Part shown: positions 38,906-51,100 of the stretch, one piece after another | Position numbering within the stretch: position 1 is the stretch's first letter | How the letters are laid out: each line of letters begins with the position of its first letter | DNA from: Balanoglossus misakiensis | Taxonomy: Eukaryota > Animalia > Hemichordata | Direction of reading: 5' to 3' | Length of the DNA stretch: 64,000 nt | Assembly: GCA_040954595.2 (NCBI GenBank) | Contig: CM082590.2 | Span: 620,001-684,000, forward strand | Made by a program: the position numbers and the translations under genes | The notes under the pieces: generated by a model | What the model was told of the DNA's origin: nothing | Databases searched by the model: none | Seen by the model: the letters and a program-made list of their open reading frames with translations, nothing else

Positions 38906-39415
38906 AGGTACATGAGCTGCAACTGGATAAAAAAATTAAAAGTTTTAAATAATCTCATATATGCTTTTAGTTATGTCTATTAAATGATATTTCATGATAA
39001 TATATCAAGCTCAACACTTATTTATGAAAAAAATGGCCAAAAATTAAAGAAAAACAAAAATTCCTGCCATTTTTAAAAAAGTGCAATATTGCAATGAAAA
39101 AGGAAAATATAATGTCTCAGCGGTGTACATTTACTTCCATGAGCTCAAGTGGATGAGATCATGTTTTTTTAAATAAAGTTTCATAACCAGAAATGCAACA
39201 TTTTCATTGTTTCTTGTATTTTCCCACGGTGGCGGCCATATTCGCTTGCGGCAAAGCTTTATTTTTTATCTGGTTAAAACTTGCATCTATGCACTCATAT
39301 TTAGGGTTTATAATGCTCGTTTATAGTTCACTGCCTTCATCTGCATGTACTAATGGTAATACAGTTTGAAACAAAAATTATGATAATTATCCCAAAAGTT
39401 GCAGCTTATGTGCCT
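38906..39415. mobile_element. Kolobok-like MITE
   Basis: TTAA flanks; TIR AGG(T/C)ACAT(G/A)AGCTGCAAC; inserted in a repeat whose uninterrupted relative lies at 18555-18680. Confidence 0.75.
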
Positions 39416-40254
39416 TTAAAGTGCATATCTTGCCTTTTTAAATGTTATCAGAAGGTTAAAAATTGGTCAAAAGAACTCTATTTTCCAAAAGTGACAATAT
39501 TTTTCGGGTATCGATTTCTATAATATTTGTTTTGTTCTCATAAAATGCTTCAAAATCTACCCCGTCCTGAAAAGTCCGAGTTCAGATTTGCTGCATTTTG
39601 GTCACGTGACGTGAGGTCACAAGAGGAACCGGTCAGGTAGACCAGCTTTAGCGATGCTCACAGGTGTCATACGGTGTTTTCGTGCTTTTCTGTGTAATAC
39701 CACAATGGGAAAAGGAGTTGTTTGCTGTGGTTGCAGCAACACATTACCTAGACGGGAGTCACCCGTGTGAGTTCCCCCAAAACCAATGAAAGTCTATGCC
39801 AGGATTATCAACATCGTACGGTGGATGTGAAGCCGGCGCAGCGGTGGCGGCGGCTGTGACTGTCAATGCATGACCGTTGAACGATAATTGGCCAGGTTCG
39901 GTATTGTTATCACGAGGAGACAATCCGCACCCTAACAGCATAATAGAAGCCTGCCAGCAGGAGGGGACGACCAGTTATCAATATTTGATTCAGAGCACAA
40001 CAGATCGTTTATACCCGGTATTGGTGTTCATTCAGTGTTCCAGCGACCGCGATTACCCAGTACTGTAGTAGGTGAACTGGCAGGATGCGTAAACACAATT
40101 TTGCGTTGGCCGATATCATGTCGAGATTGCTTATAATTATTCACTCTTTCGTCTGGCTACCCGCTACCCAGTGACCGCAAACTTCGGTAATTGAGGTTGA
40201 CAGCAATCAATGTAAAAACTTAAACATTCAAAATATTACCGTTACTATTTCACG

Positions 40255-40879
40255 TTTTTTAGGTCCCGTTGGTATATACCATGGGACCTTATGGGATCGG
40301 TTGCGTCTGTATGTATGTATGGATGTATGTATGTATGGATGTATGTATGCCTGTATGTCCGTCGACATCAAAAACTTGAAAACCACTGCGTGTATCACCT
40401 TGATATTTGGTGTGCAGATGCAGGCTGGGCTGCAGATGGGAGTTTGTTCAAATGAGGGTGTCATCGCCAAAAATATGCAAATTAGCTGGAAAAATGTGAA
40501 TTTGATCAAAACTCAGTAACTCAAGAAGTATTGGTCAGATTGCTTTGCAAAGTGGTGTGTATTTTATTTATTGAGTTGTTTTAATTAGGCAGGAAGTTCC
40601 CTCTGTGATTAATTTACACAGTAAATTCCTGAATGATTACATAACTGGCTAAGTTTTAAAGAGGCCAGCTGTTCCATTTAGTGTATGTACAGTACGTATG
40701 CCATTGGCAGCTTATGGGTCAGTCAGTGCTTGCCCATTGATCTCTCGCTATGTGTGTGTGTGTGTGTGTGTCTGTCTGTCTGTCTGTCTGTCTGTCTGCA
40801 TATGGCCATGTACTCCGGTGTAGACTTTTTCTTGTGTAATAACTCAATGGGACCACCGTGTCCTTGATGCGATTTTTTT
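40255..40879 (+). mobile_element. HINE family A short subfamily, uninterrupted reference copy
   Basis: Head hairpin, (GTAT)n, ATGCAAAT, (GT)n(CTGT)n, tail aatgggaccaccgtgtccttgatgcga plus T run. Confidence 0.85.
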
Positions 40880-43362
40880 CCGTCATAGCTTTGTATGGCT
40901 TCGGCTGAATGGTCGCCATCTTTCTGTTCTAATTTCTTCGTTTACAAGTTTTACGTTACACTATGTCTTACTCATCGGCTCCAAAACACACTGTACAAAT
41001 TTTGAAACAATATGTGTTGAATAAATTTTGCCTCATGTGAGTGAAAACCATTTCCAAACTTGGATATTCGTGTGTATCAATGAAAATGTTTCATGCTTTG
41101 TGAGCGTGAGTGGGTCGGCCTGGCATGATCGCCTGTTGCTGTTGGTTGTATGGTTTTTTTTTTTTTAATACAGTATGAAGCATGTGAAGGAACTTTCATG
41201 ATTACAGCGACAAGTCATAAACGTTTCTGTTTGTCAACACCAAAAATGCATAGCTTACATGTACAGTCGAACCTCGGTATAACGAAGAACAGGGGACTGT
41301 TTGAATCTATTCGTAATACCCGGAGTTCGTTGTAACCACAGAGAAAGTGGGGGCGTGTCACTGGAACAAAATGGCGGCCATTATACACACCCACCCGTAC
41401 ACGCACACAACACGTACTTCATACAAACAAACTTTTTATTACAGTACTTAATAAATTAGTGAAAAATCAAAACATAAATGTACAGTATGTTAATAAATAA
41501 ATTGTACAAAAATCACAATGCGGAAAGAAGTTAAAATTCACGGATTAAAAACTACATCGCGGCGCGATATGTGTCATCGCTGCCGACAGCGTGTACACGC
41601 TTTGCATCGGCGCTGATAGAGTTCCCTTGTAATAACGCGCGTATTTTGTCTGTTGAGGCAGTGATCGAAAATCGCCAAAAGACCACGATCAGTTATCAAT
41701 TGAATAAGTTGACATTGTCCAAGATAAGTAGATTTAGACCCAACACTCTAGTCCTAAACCTCTGGGCAATATTCAACGGTTTAATCGAGGCAGCAATCAT
41801 TGTATGTGTAGGGCGCCTATACACATCCGCTGCCATTGCATGTTGTGTACTGCTTGCAATGCTTAGCTGTTGCCGGGCCGAGTAGTGTTTTTTTTCCACA
41901 ATCGCATCTCCCCTAGACGATAATGTATATATGTACATTTATTTTGAAGGGGAAGTTGTACCGAGGCTGACCCAGCAAAGCCGGTTAGGGACCGTTCAGT
42001 TTTTATGGCTGGGGGGGGGGGGGGTTTGACAAGTTTGTGTCATCGGTTTTCAAAATCAGGCCGACCCCCCTTCACCCAGCACCAAAAAATGATGACCCCC
42101 CCCTTTGACAGACCCAAAAAGACCCCCCCCCCCCCACGCTGAAAACATTCGCCGTCCTGGTCCTATGTACACTGTATGCAATAAAGGGAATGAGGCTCCT
42201 CACACCTCAATTAGAAATTTCTTAAAGTAATTGAATTATTTAATAATATCGTTGTAATAAAGAAATCTATGAACAAATTAAAAAGACAAGTCAATACAAT
42301 AGTTGCTAGAATTGGTAAAACAAGAAAGGTGGCGGGGGTGGGCGTGGGAGGGGGTATCCCCCTCCGACATAAGAAAATTTTGTAAAATACGGTGCTCAAA
42401 GTTGCATTTTAACGAACTCAAAAGCAAATTAACTCAATGGTAGACAGGACAAATTTTGATTTTGCCACTCCACTCAAAGTAAGCATTGGGAGTGGGGTGG
42501 GAATAAGTCTGCACTGGTACACTAGACAAACCAGCGAATAAATGATATGTTGCAAAGAATGGAGGGGGACACCCCCTCCCACATAAGAAAATTTTGTAAA
42601 ATATGTAGCTCAAAGTTGCATTTTTATGAACTCAAAAGCAAATTCATCTCAATGTTTGGGAGGACCAATTTTACTTTTTGCCATTCCACTCAAAGTTAGA
42701 AGATTTGGTGTCATCTTCGTCATGACATCATTATTTTATAAAACTTCCAGCAAACGTAAATGGGTTCCTCTTGTGACGTCACGGGAATGGGCGTGGCCCA
42801 AACAGAAGTTTTTTCTCAGGCCCTGAACATTTTTAAATTTAACATTTATTTATCCATATGAAATAAATAAAAGGACACCAGCATTTAACACACAAGGCCA
42901 ATTATTATTCTGAAACGTGTGTTTTGAGCCAAGAGCTGCTCTTTAAACATGTGAACTCTGCAGGGCTGCCCCCCATATGCGTATCTAGCGCTTGTCTCGT
43001 GATTATCAAGATCTTGTCAGCCATATTGGTCTAACGCTTATTACACACATCCACATAAGATGATTGCTGCCTTTATTTACAATAGATAATTTTATGAACT
43101 TCTTGTAGTATATGCAGTAAGTGGGTTACATTGTATTACAAGACCTGGAACTGTCTGCATATGAAAAACTTCATAACCTTAAAAAGAAAGTTTGGTGACC
43201 CAACATATTACCCGATTTTAGGAGCCACCAAAACGTGTTGCAAATTGGCGCTTAATTGGAGAGGAATTATAGTCAATTCTATGCGTGACAAACATGTTAA
43301 AGGAATGAATTGATAAAATAAATTGTGACTTGTACTAACGCCAAAATCTCTGTTCTTCCCAG

Positions 43363-43410
43363 GACATCTTGCTGCAAGTGATTCAGATTCTTGTCAAATC
43401 AAAACTTCTT
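43363..43410 (+). CDS. CUL1: Cullin-1 exon k, 48 nt (DILLQVIQILVKSKLL)
   Basis: TACTAAC branch point at 43333-43339, tcccag| acceptor, CTT|gtgagt donor; matches CUL1 DILAQVLQILLKSKLL. Confidence 0.93.
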
Positions 43411-43815
43411 GTGAGTACATCATGTTTGAATCAATCCACGATTAAAGCTCCATTAGCTGTAATTTTCCCATTGTTTTCAGTATTTTTGTTTAGTGTTTCA
43501 TATGCAATTTCTTGCTCTACTCCAAGCAAAATGCTAATATACCCAGTGCTTCACTTGTCAACATAGTCTCTCTGTGTGTAGCAGCCATTGTCATTGTTGA
43601 CAAATGAATTCTAGTCCGGACATAAATTCAAATTTGGCAAAATAACAATGCTGACTATGCACACATAGGATGTGTTGATAAGCTTGATACTGGGTATTTT
43701 ATCATGTTTCCGAGATTTGAACAAGAAACTGTTGTAGATACACAGAAGGGACAATTTTGTCTCACTTGCATATCACATATTGCCAAATATGCCAGTTGTT
43801 AGCAACAACAATATA

Positions 43816-44020
43816 CTGTAAAACACTTTATTTTCGCAAGTTGAAAATATTGCGATATCGAGAGAGGCCACTGTTTCGCGAGTATTCATTTTTGCGTTCT
43901 CTTATTTCATTCACTGCATTGTTATCTCCAAAAATTTACGCGACTTTTTATTTTCACGCTATTTTGGCTCTCGCGTATATTGCGAAAATTTATTGCTCGC
44001 GAAAATAAAGTGTTTTACAG
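43816..44020. mobile_element. 205-bp Tc1/mariner-pogo-type MITE
   Basis: TA-flanked 22-bp perfect TIR CTGTAAAACACTTTATTTTCGC. Confidence 0.85.
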
Positions 44021-44103
44021 TAACCAGAACTACCAATACATGCAATCCAAAATTTGCAGTGAAAATCATTTTGACCACATTATTTTCTTATTTTTTTAAT
44101 TAG

Positions 44104-44171
44104 GAGTGTGAGGATGATGAAGAAAGTCTATCAGCATCTTCTGTTGTTAAGCTGTTCCTTGGATACAAAAA
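44104..44171 (+). CDS. CUL1: Cullin-1 exon l, 68 nt (ECEDDEESLSASSVVKLFLGYK-)
   Basis: attag| acceptor (tandem TAG-GAG), AA|gtaagc donor; KLFLGYK matches CUL1 KLYLGYK; phase fits exon m. Confidence 0.9.
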
Positions 44172-44231
44172 GTAAGCACATTGATACCCGTCATTACAGA
44201 AACCTCTATAACAAGGCAATCTCTCTATTAA

Positions 44232-44316
44232 CCCTTTCACCACCATGGTTCAGTTCAAACCCAATGGTTTCTATGTTAAGGTTGGACCACTTTAGTGGGA
44301 ACTGTCGATAAAAGGG
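44232..44316. mobile_element. 85-bp piggyBac-like MITE
   Basis: TTAA-CCCTTT...AAAGGG-TTAA; diverged copies at ~37292-37376 and ~60441-60515. Confidence 0.65.
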
Positions 44317-44488
44317 TTAAGGACAGATTTTTCAATACAAAAGTCTTTGAACAGAATGTTACCTGTTTATTAAAGGGACAAAGTCTCTTGTTATTTACCA
44401 TTTTTGATGTAAAAAAATGAAATACTTAGTTCCAAATCAATAAGTAAGTCATATGATGACAACACATGGCTTGAAGAAGACTGAACTA

Positions 44489-44999
44489 TTGTAGGTCCCA
44501 TTTTGGTATATATATATATATATCAATACCATTGGACCAAATGGAATCAGCTGCGTCTGTATGTCTGTATGCCCACATCAAAAACTTGAAAACCTCTGCG
44601 TGTATCACCTTGATATTTGGTGTGCAGATGCAAGCTGCGCTGTAAATGGGAGTTTGTTCAAATGAAGTTGTCATTACCAAAAATATGCAAATTAGCTGGA
44701 AAAATGTGAAATTAGTCAAAACTCAAACTCAACAACTACTGGTCAGATTGATTTGAAAATTGGTATGCGTGTATCTTATGTCAGCCTCATACAGTCCTGT
44801 ATATTTTGAGTTAACTTATTTTGTTTTGTCAAGTTTTTAGGTCCCATTTGTATAGGTATATACCAGTGGGACCTTATCACTCTCCCCGATCCCTATATAT
44901 GGAAGTGCTCATTAATATTCATATAGGGTCAAAGGTGCTGAAAGTTTACTGAAGTGACCAATCAGATGCATGCGCATATTAATGAGTAGTCAGATGACC
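44489..44999 (+). mobile_element. Two family A-type HINE heads (44489 and 44834)
   Basis: AGGTCCCATT..GGACC hairpins; family A body and tail reappear at ~57035-58101. Confidence 0.65.
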
Positions 45000-45116
45000 C
45001 AGGGCTCGAAATTCGCGGTAGCCCCGCGTCCACAGACGTTTGCGATCGGGCTACCAATTTGACACCAGTGGTAGCCGTATTGGGCTACCATGCGTGCGAT
45101 GTATCTTGGACTTGTT

Positions 45117-48100
45117 AGGGTTTCGAGACCAGAGGGGTCTCGAAACCCTCTTGAAATCGTGTTGTTAGGGCCCAAGCCCAGCAGGCTTGGGCCCTATTGT
45201 TTTTACTGGGGTTTTTTAGGGCCCAAGCCCAGCAGGCTTGGGCCCTATTGTTTTTACTGGAGTTTTTTAGGGCCCAAGCCAAGCAGGCTTGGGCCCTATT
45301 GGTATTGTTGGCTTTTTTCTTCTACTTCTTCTTGTGTAGTTTTTTCGGCCAGGTAGATCAGGAGAACGGCTGAACCTACCAATTTCAAACTTAGCACAAT
45401 GGTGCAGGCCAATGAGAGCTGGTGCAGTACCCTTGTGAATGTTTAATAAGTCATGTGACCTGATGACCATATATGGGCAAAATTTTCAAATCGGCCTAAT
45501 TTGCATATGAATTGAGATATCAAAATTCTGTTCAGATGCTTTGTTGACCACATGGCCAGGGTTCTACATGCCAAATGTCAAGGCCATAGGCCATGTCAAT
45601 TTTGAGAAGAAGATTTTTAAGTATTATTTTTCATATTTTTCGCCCAAGCCATGTGCCTATACTTTACATAGTTAAGGTATGACAACATATTATTTTGGAT
45701 AAATATGCATACATATCTCAAAATCTGTTAGGCCGATCATCTCCAACTTTGGTGTGCAGCTAGCCTAGCATTTGTCAATAATTTTAAGCGGAAAAAAATA
45801 ATATGAAAAATCGACCGATTTTTTTATATTAATTTTTTTATTAAATTTATACCTTTACTTATACCTCTATGGTTAAGCTATGTCCTTGTCTTATTGTGGA
45901 ATTCTGGTCTGTGCAATAGTCTTGTACAGTGACTGTCTATTGGTCAGTGAGCACAATGGCACCAAAATAAAAGGCAAAATTTTAGGCTCACCTGTAACAC
46001 CTGCTTAACTCATTAATTATGTGCATACCTAATTCTGGGCTAACTAAGAGGGCTAGAGGTTTCGTTCTTGTGGGACATGGACCAGTATAGGGTCAAAATT
46101 TCTTGCCCAAATTTTGGGTGACCTCAGGTGACCTTTGACCTACTTTCCTATATCTCGGCATCCAGAGCAGGTACAGACTTGGCGTTTGGAGGGTTGGGAC
46201 TAAAATTGAAAAGCCAAAATGGGGGTCACCTGTGACACCTGTATATCTCATTTATTATGTGCATACCTAATTCCAGGCTAACCAATAGGGCTATAGGTTT
46301 GGTTTTTGTTGAACATGGACCAGTATAGGTTCAAAATTTCTTGCCCAAATTTTGCTTGACCTCGGGTGACCGTTGACCTACTTTACCAGATCTTGGCATC
46401 CAGAGCAGGTACAGACTTGGCGTTTGGAGGGTTGGGACTAAAATTGAAAAGCCAAAATTGGGGATCACCTGTGACACCTGCCTACCTCATTAATTATGTG
46501 CATACCTAATTCCAGGCTAACCAATAGGGCTATAGGTTTGGTTTTTGTTGAACATGGACCAGTATAGGGTCAAAATTTCTTGCCCAAATTTTGCATGACC
46601 TCAGGTGACCTTTGACCTACTTTACCATATCTTGGCATCCACAGCAGATATGCTTATTGCTATGTTGCTATGTGCTATGTGATATGTTGGCTTGGGCCCG
46701 CTATTGCTGCTTGCAGCTATATTCTTCTTTTTCTTCTTGTGCCGTTTTTTTTGTCAAGTAGATCTGGAGAACGGCTGAACCTACCAATTTCAAACTTAGC
46801 ACAATGGTGCAGGCCAATGAGAGCTGGTGCAGTACCCTTGTGAATGTTTAATAAGTCATGTGACCTGATGACCATATATGGGCAAAATTTTCAAATCGGC
46901 CTAATTTGCATATAAATGGAGATATCAAAATTCTGTTCAGATGCTTTGTGGACCACATAGCCAGGGTTCTACATGCCAAATGTCAAGGCCATAGGCCATG
47001 TCAATTTTGAGAAGAAGATTTTTAAGTATTATTTTTCATATTTTTTGCCCAAGCCATGTGCCTATACTTTACATAGTTAAGCTATGACAACATATTATTT
47101 TGGATAAATATGCATACATATCTCAGAATCTGTTAGGCCGATCATCTCCAACTTTGGTGTGCAGCTAGCCTAGCATTTGTCAATAATTTTGAGCGAAAAA
47201 AAAATAATATGAAAAATCGACCGATTTTTTTATATTAATTTTTTTCTTAAATGTATACCTTTACTTATACCTCTATGGTTAAGCTATGTCCATGTCTTAT
47301 TGTGGAATTCTGGTCTGTGCAATAGTCCTGTACAGTGACTATCTATTGGTCAGTGAGCACAATGGCACCAAAATAAAAGGCACAATTTTAGGCTCACCTG
47401 TAACACCTGCTTAACTCATTCATTATGTGCATACCCAATTCTGGGCTAACTAAGAGGGCTAGAGGTTTCGTTCTTATGGGACATGGACCAGTATAGGGTC
47501 AAAATTTCTTGCCCAAATTTTGGGTGACCTCAGGTGACCTTTGACCTACTTTCCTATATCTCGGCATCCAGAGCAGGTACAGACTTGGCGTTTGGAGGGT
47601 TGGGACTAAACTTGAAAAGCCAAAATGGGGGTCACCTGTGACACCTGCATATCTCATTAATTATGTGCATACCTAATTCCAGGCTAACCAATAGGGCTAG
47701 AGGTTTCGTGCTTGTGGGACATGGACCAGTATAGGGTTAAAAAAAATTGCCCAAATTTTGGGTGACCTCAGGTGACCTTTGACCTACTTTCCTATATCTC
47801 CACATCCAGAGCAGGTACAGACTTGGCGTTTGGAGGGTTGGGACTAAAATTGAAAAGCCAAAATTGGGGTCACCTGTGACACCTGCTTATCTCATTAATT
47901 ATGTGCATACCTAATTCCAGGCTAACCAATAGGGCTAGAGGTTTGATTTATGCTGAACATGGACCAGTGTGGGGTCAAAATTTTTTGCCCAAATTTTGGG
48001 TGACCTCAGGTGACCTTTGACCTACTTTACCATATCTCGGCATCCACAGCAGATACAGCCTTGGCATTTGGACGGATGGAACTCCTGATGGAGCCTTATA

Positions 48101-51100
48101 ATTTATCTCATTAATTATGCGCATACCTAATTGTAGGCGAACCAATAGGGCTAGAGATTTTGTTCTTGTGGTACACGGACCAGTATGGGGTCAAAATTTC
48201 TTGCCCAAATTTTGGGTGACCGCTTATGACCTTTGACCTTCAGCTTAAGCTTGGGCCCGTCATCGCTGCTTGCAGCTATATTCTTCTACTTCTTTTTCTT
48301 CTTCTGTCGTTTTCTTTGGCGAGGTAGATCTGGAAAACTGCTAAACCTACCAATTTCAAACTTGGCACAATGGTGCAGGCCAATGAGAGCTAGTGCAGTA
48401 CCCTTGTGAATGTTTAATAAGTCATGTGACCTGATGACCATATATGGGCAAAATTTTCAAATCGATCTAATTTGCATATGAATGGAGATATCAAAATTCT
48501 GTTCAGATGCTTTGTGGACCACATAGCCAGGGTTCTACATGCCAAATGTCAAGGCCATAGGCCATGTCAATTTTGAGAAGAAGATTTTTAAGTATTATTT
48601 TTCATATTTTTCGCCCAAGCCATGTGCCTATACTTTACATAGTTAAGCTATGACAACATATTATTTTGGATAAATATGCATACATATCTCAAAATCTGTT
48701 AGGCCGATCATCTCCAACTTTGGTGTGCAGCTAGCCTAGCATTTGTCAATAATTTTAAGCGAACAAAAATACTATGAAAAATCGCCCGATTTTTTTATAT
48801 TAATTTTTTTATGAAATTTATACCTTTAATTATACCTCTACGGTTAAGCTATGTCCATGTCTTATTGTGGAATTCTGGTCTGTGCAGTAGTCCTGTACAG
48901 TGACTGTCTTGTGGTCAGTGAGCACAATGGCACCAAAATAGAAGGCACAATTTTAGGCTCACCTGTAACACCTGCTTAACTCATTAATTATGTGCATACC
49001 TAATTCTGGGCTAACTAAGAGGGCTAGAGGTTTCGTTCTTGAGGGAAATGGACCAGTATGGGGTCAAAATTTCTTGCCCAAATTTTGGGTGACCTCAGGT
49101 GACCTTTGACCTACTTTCCCATATCTCGGCATCCAGAGCAGGTACAGACTTGGCATTTGGAGGGTTGGGACTAAACTTGAAAAGCCAAAATGGGGGTCAC
49201 CTGTGACACCTGCATATGTCATTAATTATGTGCATACCTAATTCCAGGCTAACCAATAGGGCTATAGGTTTGGTTTTTGTTGAACATGGACCAGTATATG
49301 GTCAAAATTTCTTGCCCAAATTTTGCATGACCTCAGGTGCCCTTTGACCTACTTTACCAGATCTTGGCATCCAGAGCAGGTACAGACTTGGCGTTTGGAG
49401 GGTTGGGACTAAAATTGAAAAGCCAAATTGGGGGTCACCTGTGACACCTGCCTACCTCATTAATTATGTGCATACCTAATTCCAGGCTAACCAATAGGGC
49501 TATAGGTTTGGGTTTTGATGAACATGGACCAGTATAGGGTCATAATTTCTTGCCCAAATTTTGCATGACCTCAGGTGACCTTTGACCTACTTTTCCATAT
49601 CTTGGCATCCAGAGCAGATATGCTTATTGCTATGTTGCTATGTGCTATGTTGGCTTGGGCCCGCTATTGCTGCTTGCAGCTATATTTTTTTATTAGGGTT
49701 TCGAGACCAGAGGGGTCTCGAAACCCTCTTGAAATCGTGTTGTTTTTTATTATTATTATTATTCTTCTTCCCACTTTTAAAAACAGCCGCTATTCGAAGA
49801 CTGTTGCACCCAATGACTTGAAATTTGGCTCATAGGTAAAACTCAAAGCAAGTAATTTTTTGATCATGTCACTATGGCAACAGGTCACATGACCTGGCAG
49901 CCATCTTGGATTTAAACATTTAAATTGGTCTAATTTGCATAAAAAATGAAGAATCCAAATTCTGTTCAGAAACTTTGTGGACCATATGGCCAGGGTCCTA
50001 TATGCCAAATTTCAAAGTCTAAGTCCTTGCCGATTTTGAGGAGATGATTTTTAAAGCATTATTTTTCATATTTTCCATGACCATTGGACCCAGCCATTGG
50101 CCTATACTTTCCATGGTTAAGCAATGGCCCCCTAGGATTTTAGATTTATGCCCAATATCTCAACATCCGCTGGGCTGATCAGCTTCAAATTTTGTGTGCA
50201 GCTAGCCTACCTTCCGACAATCAGTTCCAACTGGAAAAAATAATATGGAAAATCGACCGATTTTTTTATATTAATTTTTTTATGAAATCTATACCTATAC
50301 TTATTCCACTATACTTAAGCTATGGCCACATAGTTTTGTAGAATTCTGGTCGGTGCAATAGTCTGCAGCATAGGACCAAAATAAGAAGCCAAATTTAAGG
50401 CTCACCTGTGACACCTGCTCAACTCATTAATTATGTGCATACCTAATTCCAGGCAAACCAATAGGGCTACAGGTCTGGTTTTTGTCGGACATGGACCAGT
50501 ATGGGGTCAAATTTTTTTCCCAAATTTTGGGTGACCTTGGGTGACCTTTGACCTACTTTCGCATATCTCAGCATCCAGAGCAGGTACAGCTCAGGTGTTT
50601 GGGTGGATGGGACCAAAATAAGAAGCCAAATTTAAGGCTCACCTGTGACACCTGCTCAACTCATTAATTATGTGCATACCTAATTCCAGGCAAACCAATA
50701 GGGCTACAGGTCTGGTTTTTGTCGGACGTGGACCAGTATGGGGACAATTTTTTTTCCCAAACTTTGGATGTCCTTGGGTGACCTTTGACCTACTTTCACA
50801 TATCTCGGCATCCAGAGCAGGTACAGCTTAGGTGTTTGGGTGGACGGGACCAAAATAAGAAGCCAAATTTTAGAGTCACCTGTGACACCTGCCTAACTCA
50901 TTAATTATGTGCATACCTAATTCCAGGCAAACCAGTAGGGCTACAGGTCTGGTTTTTGTTTGACATGGACCAGTATAGCGTAAACATTTTCTGCTCATAT
51001 TAAGCGTGACCTCACGTGACCTTTGACCTACTTTTCCACATCTCAGCATCCACAGCACATACACCCTTGGCATTTGGAGTGATAGAACAACTAATGCAGT

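Noticed and set aside
45117-45300. Stacked palindromes with short spacers resembling a CRISPR or terminator array
   Set aside because: They are 5' hairpins of nested HINEs, each matched by a downstream body and tail
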